This document shows, one piece after another, positions 36,621 through 45,249 of a DNA stretch of 64,000 nucleotides. Position numbers and translations under genes: made by a program. Below the pieces are notes generated by a model, which searched no databases, was not told where the DNA came from, and saw only the letters and a list, made by a program, of their open reading frames with translations. The stretch is from an uncultured Dehalococcoidia bacterium (GTDB taxonomy: Bacteria; Chloroflexota; Dehalococcoidia; SM23-28-2; RBG-16-64-32). The stretch is from NCBI GenBank assembly GCA_964558415.1, contig CAZLDI010000003.1, forward strand, positions 136,627 through 200,626, given 5' to 3'. The stretch's first letter is position 1. The number at the start of each line of letters is the position of its first letter.

Positions 36621-36946
36621 TGTCCGCCAAACTAGACCGCATCAAGGATGACTCCCTTCGCGGGTCCCTGACCCAGGCGCAGGCGTCGCTGCGCGCGAAC
36701 GACTTCTCGGACGTGGTCCACCGCGCTTCGGACGCCTACCTGGAGCTGCTGCGCCGGAAGCCGGAGATGCTGCAGGGTCCAACCGCGCTGCGAAGCCTCC
36801 TGTTCTTCCCCCGGCTCGGCGCCCGCATGATCCAGGAGAGCGATGGCTCGCCGACGGTGATCTATGATCGCGAGAAGTTCACGTTCTCCGAAGCGATCAC
36901 GTACTTCGAGTTCGCGGTGGACAACCTGGCCAGGGAAGGTCTTTAG
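36620..36946 (+). CDS. Hypothetical protein translationally coupled to hepT
   Basis: Its ATG overlaps the hepT stop (TGATG). It is a 108-aa protein with no recognised motif. Confidence 0.4.
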   Translation: MSAKLDRIKDDSLRGSLTQAQASLRANDFSDVVHRASDAYLELLRRKPEMLQGPTALRSLLFFPRLGARMIQESDGSPTVIYDREKFTFSEAITYFEFAVDNLAREGL

Positions 36947-37057
36947 CCGGCTTTCGGACCCGCCCGCGGAACCCTCTTGTAAATACCTCTCTGACGGTGG
37001 TATCGTCGCGCTTGCTGGTGGCGCATCGCGCGTGGCCGTAGGGAAAGGATCGCAATC

Positions 37058-39097
37058 ATGATCCCCGCACTGATCGTCCTGGGCATCGTCCTCCTGGTCC
37101 TTCTGATCCTGATCTTCCCGGGCGGAATGCTGGTCAACGTGGGTGGCCAGCAGGTCGGCATTATCGAACGCCGCTACGTCGGGCGCTCTCTGCCCGAGGG
37201 CCGCGTTGTCGCGATGAAGAACGAGATCGGTGTGCAGGCGCGCGTCCTGCCGCCCGGGCTGCACTTCATGTGGCCGTTCATCTACATCATTACGAAGACG
37301 ACAATGATCGCCATCGGCGAGGAAGAGGTGGGTATCCTCGAGTCCATCGACGGGCGGCCGCTTCAACCGGGCCGCATTTTCGCCAGGCATGTTGAGGGCC
37401 TTGACTCGTTCCAGGACGGCGAAGCGTTCCTGCTCAACGGTGGCCAGAAGGGGCCACAGGTCGATGTTCTGCCGCCCGGCCAGTACCGGATCAACACGTA
37501 TCTCTTCACAGTTCGCGTCCAGCCGGTACTAACGATCGCCAAGGGTCAAGTCGGCATCGTGAGCGCCCGGGACGGCGAGCCGATCCAGCCCGGACGGCTC
37601 CTGGCCCACAAGGTGGAAGGCCACCAGGCGTTCCAGCACGGCGAGCTGTTTCTGACAAACGGTGGCCAGCTCGGGCCCCAGATCGAAGTCATCCTGCCGG
37701 GTCGCTACCGCATCAACACTGAGCTGTTCAGCGTGGAGGTACTGCCGGCCACGATCATCGAGGCGAATCAAGTGGGTTTGACAACGGCGAAAGATGGCGC
37801 GCCGCTGCCCGCCGGCGAGCTCGTAGCCGCCAGCGTCGCCGGGCACAACGACTTCCAGGACGCGTCCGCGTTCCTCGCCAGCGGTGGCCAGCGCGGACCA
37901 CAGTTCGACCTGCTGAAGCCCGGCACATACTACATCAACCCGCTGATGTTCGATGTGCAGCTGGATGAAGTGGCGACGGTCCAACGGGGAGAGGTAGCTG
38001 TGTTGGTCTCGAACGTTGGGAAGGAGCCCGGGGACATCCCGCACGAAGAGCGGCTGGCTGGCAAGGAACGGTACGTCGTGCCGGCGGGATTTCGGGGCAT
38101 CCAGTCGGAAGTGGCTGGACCCGGCGTATACTACCTGAACCGCTGGGCGTACATCGCCTACATCATTCCGACGACGAACCTGACAATCGACTGGGCGGAA
38201 GAAGGGTTGGTGGCCCAGGACGACGACACCACGCCCGGCACGCGCCGGGTGCAACTCTTCAATCCCCTGGCTGTGATCAGCCGCGACGGTTTTGAGATGC
38301 GGGTGAGCGTCAAGGTCGTGATCCGCGTGCGGCCGGACCAGGCGCCGCTGATGGTGGCAAAGATCGGTTCCATCGAGAATCTGATAGATCACGTGGTGCA
38401 CCCGATGATAGACTCATCGTTCCGCAACCAGGCGTCGTCGTCCGAGGCGATGAGCTTCATGCAGGACCGCGCTGACGAGCAAGCGAAGGCGGAGGCGCGG
38501 GCACGGGTGGAACTGGAAAAGTACCACGTGGAGTGCGTCTCGGTGCTGATTTCGCAGATCATCCTGCCCCAGGAGCTGATGGAGATCCACACGCGACGTG
38601 TCATCGCCGCGCAGCAGCAGGCGATGTTCATCGAGCAGCAGAAGGCGGAGCAGGAACGTATCGCCACCGAAAACACGCGCGCCAAGGCCGACAAGCAGAT
38701 AGAGCTGGTCGCGGCGCAGATCGGCGTTCAGATCGCCGATCAGACGAAGAAGAAGACGATCATCGAGGCTGAGGGCCGGGCGCGGGCGGTGCAGGTGGAA
38801 GGACAGGCTGAAGGCACGAGAATCCTCGCGGTCGGCACGGCGACGGCGGAGGCCTATCAGAAGCAGGTGGATGCGGTCGGCCAGCTGAACCTCGCCGGGA
38901 TCGAGGTAACGAAGTCGATCGCCGGGGCGGGGCTCAAGATCACCCCGGACATCATGGTGGGCGGAGACGGCGCCGGCGGCGGGGGCGGGGCAAACGTATT
39001 CACCGCCTTCATCGCGCAGCTGCTGGCCAGCAACCGCACGGCGATAACGCCGCCAAATGGCGCCCAGAGCGCGGGTCCGCCGGAGCAATCGCCTTAG
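37058..39097 (+). CDS. Flotillin-like SPFH (band-7) membrane protein with 4-5 N-terminal ~75-aa tandem repeats
   Basis: The N-terminal TM is followed by repeats of the pattern vG.....dG.P.qPG....h.veG...FQ.g..FL..GGQ.GPQ...L.PG.Y.IN...F.V. An SPFH core and an EA-rich flotillin coiled coil (AQQQAMFIEQQKAEQERIA...) follow, then a Gly-rich tail. Confidence 0.7.
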   Translation: MIPALIVLGIVLLVLLILIFPGGMLVNVGGQQVGIIERRYVGRSLPEGRVVAMKNEIGVQARVLPPGLHFMWPFIYIITKTTMIAIGEEEVGILESIDGRPLQPGRIFARHVEGLDSFQDGEAFLLNGGQKGPQVDVLPPGQYRINTYLFTVRVQPVLTIAKGQVGIVSARDGEPIQPGRLLAHKVEGHQAFQHGELFLTNGGQLGPQIEVILPGRYRINTELFSVEVLPATIIEANQVGLTTAKDGAPLPAGELVAASVAGHNDFQDASAFLASGGQRGPQFDLLKPGTYYINPLMFDVQLDEVATVQRGEVAVLVSNVGKEPGDIPHEERLAGKERYVVPAGFRGIQSEVAGPGVYYLNRWAYIAYIIPTTNLTIDWAEEGLVAQDDDTTPGTRRVQLFNPLAVISRDGFEMRVSVKVVIRVRPDQAPLMVAKIGSIENLIDHVVHPMIDSSFRNQASSSEAMSFMQDRADEQAKAEARARVELEKYHVECVSVLISQIILPQELMEIHTRRVIAAQQQAMFIEQQKAEQERIATENTRAKADKQIELVAAQIGVQIADQTKKKTIIEAEGRARAVQVEGQAEGTRILAVGTATAEAYQKQVDAVGQLNLAGIEVTKSIAGAGLKITPDIMVGGDGAGGGGGANVFTAFIAQLLASNRTAITPPNGAQSAGPPEQSP

Positions 39098-39165
39098 CTT
39101 GACCCTGCTCGCAGGGAGGTCTACATTGTCGTCAAACGCCGGACATTAACCTCAAAGGAGGCGGC

Positions 39166-39765
39166 ATGGGACTCTTCGCGTTCTTGTTCAAGACCCCCAT
39201 CGGGATCATCATTTCGATGTTTTCCGGCGTGATCATGTTTGCGGTGATTGTGGTGGTCGTGGTCGGCGTTATGGCGTTCTCGGGCGGGCCGGCCGCCTGC
39301 ACGCCCGGCGGCGGCGTGATAGTGATAGACGCCGCGAACGCCGACTCGTTCGACGCGAAGTGGGACCAGCTCGACGCCGCGCTGGGCAGTGGAGACCCCG
39401 GTTCCATCGTCCTGAACGAGAGCGAGGTTAGCTCGCGCGCGAACGAATATATCGACAGCAAGGCGAGCGACCTGGGCGACGTGCAGGTCTGTATCCACAA
39501 TGGCGTCGGTGAGGTCACCGGCGAGGTCGACGTCTTCGTGGGTACGGGTAAGTTCAAGGTAACGGGCACCGTGGACCTGTCCACCGGAGTGCCCGTTGTC
39601 GACTTCCAGGATATCGAAGTGGGCAACGTCCCAGGCTTCGTTCTAGGGCCTTTCGAAAGCGCTGTGGAGGACGCGATCCAGGAGTTGCTGAACGATTTGG
39701 ACCTGGACCACACCTACGTCCCGACCTTGACCGAGGGCCAGGCTCAGATCGACGGCACTCCCTAG
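39166..39765 (+). CDS. Membrane-anchored hypothetical protein
   Basis: It has an N-terminal hydrophobic segment and is 199 aa. Confidence 0.4.
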   Translation: MGLFAFLFKTPIGIIISMFSGVIMFAVIVVVVVGVMAFSGGPAACTPGGGVIVIDAANADSFDAKWDQLDAALGSGDPGSIVLNESEVSSRANEYIDSKASDLGDVQVCIHNGVGEVTGEVDVFVGTGKFKVTGTVDLSTGVPVVDFQDIEVGNVPGFVLGPFESAVEDAIQELLNDLDLDHTYVPTLTEGQAQIDGTP

Positions 39766-39769
39766 CGCG

Positions 39770-40081
39770 TTACTGCACGACCTCGCTGATCTGAATCGTC
39801 GGCTGGATGTCCGTGTAGTTCGGGACGTCGGACATAATCGCCCCGGCGTGCGCCCCGAAGGCCTGCTGGAACTCCGGCACGGAGTTGAAGAACATGTGCA
39901 CGGCAGCGACGAAGGGCGCCGGCACGCCCGGCGGCATTCCCGCCAGGCCTTTGTCGATCTCGCACCGTATCATCGCCGGTCCCACCTTGTCCGCTATCAT
40001 CGCGATGTGGCTATTCGAGTAGTAGTCGTGGTCGAAGCGTTTGCCTTCGCTGTTCGGGTAGAGAACTGACACACGGATCAT
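39770..40081 (-). CDS. EthD / Dabb-like stress-responsive small protein
   Basis: It begins MIRVSVLYPN.EGKRFD.DYY..HI. The ORF-track start at 40114 is also possible. Confidence 0.5.
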   Translation of the reverse strand: MIRVSVLYPNSEGKRFDHDYYSNSHIAMIADKVGPAMIRCEIDKGLAGMPPGVPAPFVAAVHMFFNSVPEFQQAFGAHAGAIMSDVPNYTDIQPTIQISEVVQ

Positions 40082-40132
40082 GTGAGCCTCCTTCTGTTGC
40101 CTGTAGGCAGCCATTTTAGCAGAGGGCGTCCG

Positions 40133-40843
40133 CTATCGCGCCATCCTCTCGACGGCGCGGCGGAAGGCAGTGTGCGCCTTGCCTTTGATAACGCCGCTGT
40201 GCCCGAAGCAAGCAGAAGCGAACTCCAGTGCGGCCAGCTTGCGCATGCTCTCTCTCGCCTGCGCCATATCCTCCGTGAACATCCCGAGCGGCGCGCCGAC
40301 TCGGCCGAACATGTTTCCCGCGGCGTCTCCGGCAAACAGGACGCCGCGGTTCCGCGGCCAGAGATAAGCGAGGTGGCCCGCGGTGTGACCGGGGCTATGA
40401 ATCACTGTGATTCCGCCAGCGATCGGCAGCTCCTCTCCGTCCCCGACCTCGTCCAGGGTTTGCACAGTCTCCAGCCTGGGATGAAAGAAACGGTCGACAA
40501 CGGGGCCCAGTGTCCTTCCGGAGAGCGTCGCTCTGTTTGCCGTCGGCATCGGTCGCTCGCCGCGCACTAACGGCGCGTCCAGCGGATGAATATAGACCTT
40601 CGCGCCGGTTGCCTTGACGAGTGCGGCGAGACTGCCGGTGTGGTCCACGTGGTGATGAGTTATCAGGATGTGCTTGAGGTCTGTCGCCTGCCGTCCGAGG
40701 GCGAACAGCGTCTTGAGAAACTTCTCCGATCTGCCTGAAAGGCCGGAGTCAACCAGCGTGACCTCTTCATCTGAGATAAGGAAGGCGTGCACATACAGCA
40801 TGCTGATGTCGTAGACGCCCGGCAGGACCGGTTCCGGAGACAT
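40133..40843 (-). CDS. MBL-fold metallo-hydrolase
   Basis: The ITHHHVDHTGS (HxHxDH) motif is present. Confidence 0.8.
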   Translation of the reverse strand: MSPEPVLPGVYDISMLYVHAFLISDEEVTLVDSGLSGRSEKFLKTLFALGRQATDLKHILITHHHVDHTGSLAALVKATGAKVYIHPLDAPLVRGERPMPTANRATLSGRTLGPVVDRFFHPRLETVQTLDEVGDGEELPIAGGITVIHSPGHTAGHLAYLWPRNRGVLFAGDAAGNMFGRVGAPLGMFTEDMAQARESMRKLAALEFASACFGHSGVIKGKAHTAFRRAVERMAR

Positions 40844-40846
40844 CCG

Positions 40847-42340
40847 TTAGACCTCCTGACCTCTCCTCAGCAACCGTCCCGAGTGCAGCGCCGTCTGACG
40901 TCCACGCTCCGCGGCTACCTCTCCGTTCACGACGACGTAGTCGATCCCCTCGGGGTACTGTCGAGGATCCTCGTACGTCGCCCGGTCGACGATCCGGTCC
41001 GGATCGAACACAACTATGTCCGCAAACCAGCCCTCCCGTAGTTGGCCGCGCTTCGGCAGATTCATGCGCTGCGCGGGAAGCGAGGTCATCTTCCGCACGC
41101 CTTCTTCGACGGTGAAGAGACGGTGGTCTCGCACATACGGCCCAAGCACGCGCGGGAACGTCCCGTAGAGCCGCGGGTGCGGCTTTCCGGTAGGTGAGGG
41201 GATGCCGTCCGAACCGATCATGCACTGAGGGTGCGACATCACGCGTTGGACGTCGGGCTCGTCCATGGCCCAGAAGACCGCCACCGCGCCGGGGTCCTCG
41301 GAGACGACGCGCCGGCCGGCTTCCATGGGCGAGACCCCCAGCATCTCACCAAGCTCGGTCAGCGACTTGCCTTCCCACTCGGGCCGTCCCCGCACGCTGG
41401 CGGCCATCACGCCGTCTATGTCCCGGCCTGCGGCCTGGCCAATGACGATCGCCATTATCGTGCTGGCTGCCGTGTACGGATACGCGTCGAACGTCACGTC
41501 CAAGCCGCCATCGCGCTCTCGCTCGATGAGCGCGATGGAGTCCACAGTCTTGCCGAAGTTAGGCGGGTCAGAGGCTTTGTGGTGCGATATCTCGACCGGC
41601 AGCCCCGCCTCGCGACCGATCGTGATCGCCTCAACTACGGCTTCCAGCAGTCGTTCGGACTCGTTCCGGATGTGGCTCATGTAAATGCCGCCGTGCTTCG
41701 CGGCGCCCTTCGCCAGCTCGATGATCTCCCCAGTGGCCGCGAAGGCGCCGGGAGGGTAGATCAGGCCCGTCGAAAGACCGAGAGCGCCGGCAGTCATACC
41801 CTCCTCCACGTCTTCGCGCATCGCCGCCAGCTCGCGGCCGTCCGGCGCGCGCCGCTCCATGCGGAGGTGGCGGTGCCGCACCGGGCCGTGCGGCACGAAG
41901 CAGCCTACGTTGATGGCGGGACGGGCCTTCGCCACCGCAGACATATACTCGCCGAACGTCTGCCAGGTAATCTCGGGGAGAGAGCCGAGGACGTTCTGCA
42001 CGCCGGGAATCGTCAGCGTGCGGCTCTCGTCCAGGGGCGCCACGCCCGCGCCGCAGTTGCCGACGATATCCGTGGTGACGCCCTGCATCAGTTTGAAGTC
42101 CATCGGCGTGCTCAGCACCGCTGCGTCGTCATGCGCGTGGACATCAATGAAGCCGGGCGCCACGCTCAGCCCGGAAACATCCACTACGCGCCTGGCCGCG
42201 CCCAGATCGTCGCCGATCGCCACGATGCGGTCGCCGCGTATCGCGATATCAGCGGGGAAGGAAGGGGCGCCGGTACCGTCGATGATCGCGCCGTTGCGGA
42301 TTAGAAGATCGAACTCGGCATCGGGCATGAGTGGCTGCAA
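40847..42340 (-). CDS. N-acyl-D-amino-acid deacylase (D-aminoacylase, amidohydrolase family)
   Basis: The N-terminus LIRNGAIIDGTG...GFIDVHAHDD and its 497-aa length fit the D-aminoacylase family. Confidence 0.85.
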   Translation of the reverse strand: MQPLMPDAEFDLLIRNGAIIDGTGAPSFPADIAIRGDRIVAIGDDLGAARRVVDVSGLSVAPGFIDVHAHDDAAVLSTPMDFKLMQGVTTDIVGNCGAGVAPLDESRTLTIPGVQNVLGSLPEITWQTFGEYMSAVAKARPAINVGCFVPHGPVRHRHLRMERRAPDGRELAAMREDVEEGMTAGALGLSTGLIYPPGAFAATGEIIELAKGAAKHGGIYMSHIRNESERLLEAVVEAITIGREAGLPVEISHHKASDPPNFGKTVDSIALIERERDGGLDVTFDAYPYTAASTIMAIVIGQAAGRDIDGVMAASVRGRPEWEGKSLTELGEMLGVSPMEAGRRVVSEDPGAVAVFWAMDEPDVQRVMSHPQCMIGSDGIPSPTGKPHPRLYGTFPRVLGPYVRDHRLFTVEEGVRKMTSLPAQRMNLPKRGQLREGWFADIVVFDPDRIVDRATYEDPRQYPEGIDYVVVNGEVAAERGRQTALHSGRLLRRGQEV

Positions 42341-42401
42341 CGTAGCAGGCGGCGGGACGAGATGTCAATCGTCGATCTGCACGGGGCCGGCGGCCGGTTG
42401 A

Positions 42402-44678
42402 GTGCCGTTCACCCCTTGGCACACGCTCCCCGGGCGCATAGAATCCCGACCTGACATGATTACCCTAATGACCGCAGACCACCAGCGGGAAAACGGTTAC
42501 AGCGCCGACGCTGAGGACTCGACGCTCCTCGCAGCGCTCAAACAGTACTTCGGGTTCGAGGCTTTCCGCCCCCACCAGGAGGACATCATTCGCGATTCGC
42601 TGTCCGGGCGCGACGTCTTCGCGCTGCTGCCGACGGGTGGCGGGAAGTCGCTCTGCTTCCAGCTGCCGGCGCTCGTGCGGCCCGGCCTCACCCTCGTCGT
42701 TTCGCCCCTGATCGCACTGATGAAGGACCAGGTGGACGGGCTGCGTTCGATGGGCATCGAGGCCACGTTCGTTAACTCATCCCTCGCTCCGAACGAGGCC
42801 CGCGCTCGCCTCCGTGGCGTGGAAAGCGGGGCCTATCGCCTGCTCTACGTCGCGCCAGAGCGGCTGATGCAACCCGGCTTCCTGGCGGACCTGCAACGCT
42901 GGAACGTGGGCCTCTTCGCCATCGACGAAGCCCACTGCATCAGCGAGTGGGGCCACGACTTCCGCCCGGAGTATCGGGAGCTGGAGCAGTTGCGCCGGAT
43001 GTTTCCGGAAGTACCGGTGATGGCACTGACCGCGACGGCCACCGAGCGCGTCCGCGCGGACATTATCAAGCAGCTGCGGCTGCGCGCAGCGGCGTGCCAC
43101 GTGGCGAGCTTCAACCGGCCCAACCTTACATACCGCGTCATCGCCAAGAGCAAGCCGTACCAGCAGGTGCGAGAGTTGGTCCGCAGGCGACCGTCGGAAA
43201 GTGGCATCGTCTACTGCCTCAGCCGGCTCGGGGCGGAGAGCGTGGCGAGGAGGTTGCGGGCGGACGGCGTGAAAGCCGCCCCGTACCATGCGGGACTGGA
43301 GAAGGAGGAACGCTCGGCGAACCAGGAGCGCTTCCTGCGCGATGAGGTGCAGGTGATCTGCGCCACGATCGCCTTCGGCATGGGCGTCCACAAGCCGAAC
43401 ATCCGCTTCGTTGTCCACTACGACCTGCCGAAGAGCGTGGAGGGCTATTACCAGGAGACGGGGCGCGCCGGCCGCGACGGCCTGCCCAGTGAGTGCCTGC
43501 TGCTCTTCAGCCCCGGCGACGCCGTGAAGTACCAGCAGTTCATTGAAGAGAAGCCCGACGAGCGTGAACGCGAGGTCGCCCGGCAACAGCTGCGACAGAC
43601 CGTTGAATATGCGGAATCCGCAGCCTGTCGCCGGTACGACCTGCTCCGATACTTCGGTGAGGAGTTCGCCGCGTCGGGCTGCCAGGCGTGCGACAACTGC
43701 CTGTCGCCGCGCCAGACGTTCGACGGCACCGACGCGGCCCGGAAGCTGCTCTCAGCGGTCTATCGGATCCGCGAGAGGAGTGGGTTCGACGTTGGCCTGA
43801 AACACATCGCCGAAGTTCTGACCGGCGCCAACACGGAGAAAGTGCGCAGCATGGGACACGAAGGACTTTCCGTATACGGAGCCGGAAAGCAGCATTCCCG
43901 CTCTGCGTGGGCGGCCATCGGACGTGAGCTCGTGCGCCTCGGCTACCTCCGTCAGGCATCGGGCCGGTTCAGTGTCGCCGAATTAACCCCCGCCGCCTAC
44001 GACTTCATGCGCGGGAGCGCGCCGCTTACGCTCACGAAACCCGATGTACCCACTGACGCGAAGACCGGTTCCGCCGGCTCGATCGAGTGCGACGAGGCGC
44101 TGTTTGAGCGCCTGCGCGCCCTGCGCAAACGGTTGGCCGACGAGCGCGGCGTCCCGGCCTATCACGTCTTCTCGGACGTGGCGCTCCGCCAGATGGCTCG
44201 CGACTACCCTGCCGCGGAAGCGCAGCTCTCCCGCATCAGCGGTGTTGGAGCGAGCAAGCTGCGCGAGTTCGGGGCCGTCTTCATGAGCGAGATCGCGGAG
44301 CACCTGCGCGTGAACCCGCGAATGGAGTTCGGCGGCGGCACGCCGCCCCCGCCGGCACCGGTACCTTCGCGATTGGGCGACACCCATCACGAGACGTTGC
44401 GCCGCTTCCGTGCGGGCCAATCTGTGCCGGAGATCGCACTCGAACGTGGGCTGGTCGCCGGAACCGTCTGGGGGCATCTTGCGGATGCGGTGGAAGCCGG
44501 CGAAGAGATAGACGTGGACAGCCTGCTGACGCCCCAGGACAAGCGGGACATCGGGGACGCGTTCTCTAAACTGGGCTTCGCGAACATCGTGGGCGTACGC
44601 GAGATGCTTGGAGAACGGTTCAGCTACGGGCTGCTGAAGATATTTCGGGCAACGGAACAACGCTCCGTTTCAGCGTAG
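42402..44678 (+). CDS. recQ: ATP-dependent DNA helicase RecQ
   Basis: The FGFEAFRPHQ, DEAH (IDEAHCISEWGHDFR), RQC zinc cysteines and HRDC motifs are present. An alternative start lies at 42456 (MITLM). Confidence 0.9.
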   Translation: MPFTPWHTLPGRIESRPDMITLMTADHQRENGYSADAEDSTLLAALKQYFGFEAFRPHQEDIIRDSLSGRDVFALLPTGGGKSLCFQLPALVRPGLTLVVSPLIALMKDQVDGLRSMGIEATFVNSSLAPNEARARLRGVESGAYRLLYVAPERLMQPGFLADLQRWNVGLFAIDEAHCISEWGHDFRPEYRELEQLRRMFPEVPVMALTATATERVRADIIKQLRLRAAACHVASFNRPNLTYRVIAKSKPYQQVRELVRRRPSESGIVYCLSRLGAESVARRLRADGVKAAPYHAGLEKEERSANQERFLRDEVQVICATIAFGMGVHKPNIRFVVHYDLPKSVEGYYQETGRAGRDGLPSECLLLFSPGDAVKYQQFIEEKPDEREREVARQQLRQTVEYAESAACRRYDLLRYFGEEFAASGCQACDNCLSPRQTFDGTDAARKLLSAVYRIRERSGFDVGLKHIAEVLTGANTEKVRSMGHEGLSVYGAGKQHSRSAWAAIGRELVRLGYLRQASGRFSVAELTPAAYDFMRGSAPLTLTKPDVPTDAKTGSAGSIECDEALFERLRALRKRLADERGVPAYHVFSDVALRQMARDYPAAEAQLSRISGVGASKLREFGAVFMSEIAEHLRVNPRMEFGGGTPPPPAPVPSRLGDTHHETLRRFRAGQSVPEIALERGLVAGTVWGHLADAVEAGEEIDVDSLLTPQDKRDIGDAFSKLGFANIVGVREMLGERFSYGLLKIFRATEQRSVSA

Positions 44679-44712
44679 CCTTTGTTCGTCGAGCGGGCTG
44701 CCTCCGTGTCCA

Positions 44713-45198
44713 TCACAACCACGGCGGCAGGAAGCGCTTCGCGAGAAGCCACAGACGCGCGTATATCGGCGTCTCCAGCGAGAAGTCCTGCGACAGAGCC
44801 CGTTCGGGCGTAACGACAAGAGTAATCTCGGCGCTCTGCTCTATCGCCTCGCGAGAGATGCGCTGATACGCGGCCCCCGCCACTCCGCCGAGGTAGTGGC
44901 GGGCCATGTCTTTGGCCAGCCCCTCGGCTTCCGGCTCGATCGTCGCCCTTCCGTGAATGGTTACGCTCTTGTACGGCGGCCTTTCGTCCTGCACGCAGAT
45001 CGTGACCCGTGGGTCGCGGCGCACGTTCATCGCCTTGATGCTCTCCAAGCCCGTTCGGATGAGGAACCGCCCATCCCGATAGAGGTACCAGATGGGGGTG
45101 AGGACCGGCTCTCCCGCCGGGCCGATGGTTGCGAGAACGCAGACGTGGCGTCCGCGCAGGTACCGCTCCCACTCTGGCTTGCTTAGACGCTTTGGCAT
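44713..45198 (-). CDS. PPOX-class F420-dependent (pyridoxamine 5'-phosphate oxidase family) enzyme
   Basis: It is a 161-aa split-barrel protein with the VCVLATIGPAGEPVLTPIWY pattern. Confidence 0.75.
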   Translation of the reverse strand: MPKRLSKPEWERYLRGRHVCVLATIGPAGEPVLTPIWYLYRDGRFLIRTGLESIKAMNVRRDPRVTICVQDERPPYKSVTIHGRATIEPEAEGLAKDMARHYLGGVAGAAYQRISREAIEQSAEITLVVTPERALSQDFSLETPIYARLWLLAKRFLPPWL

Positions 45199-45249
45199 TG
45201 CGGCTGCAACGTAGCAGGACAGGGACGCGCAGTCAACGCGCGGTGGCGG

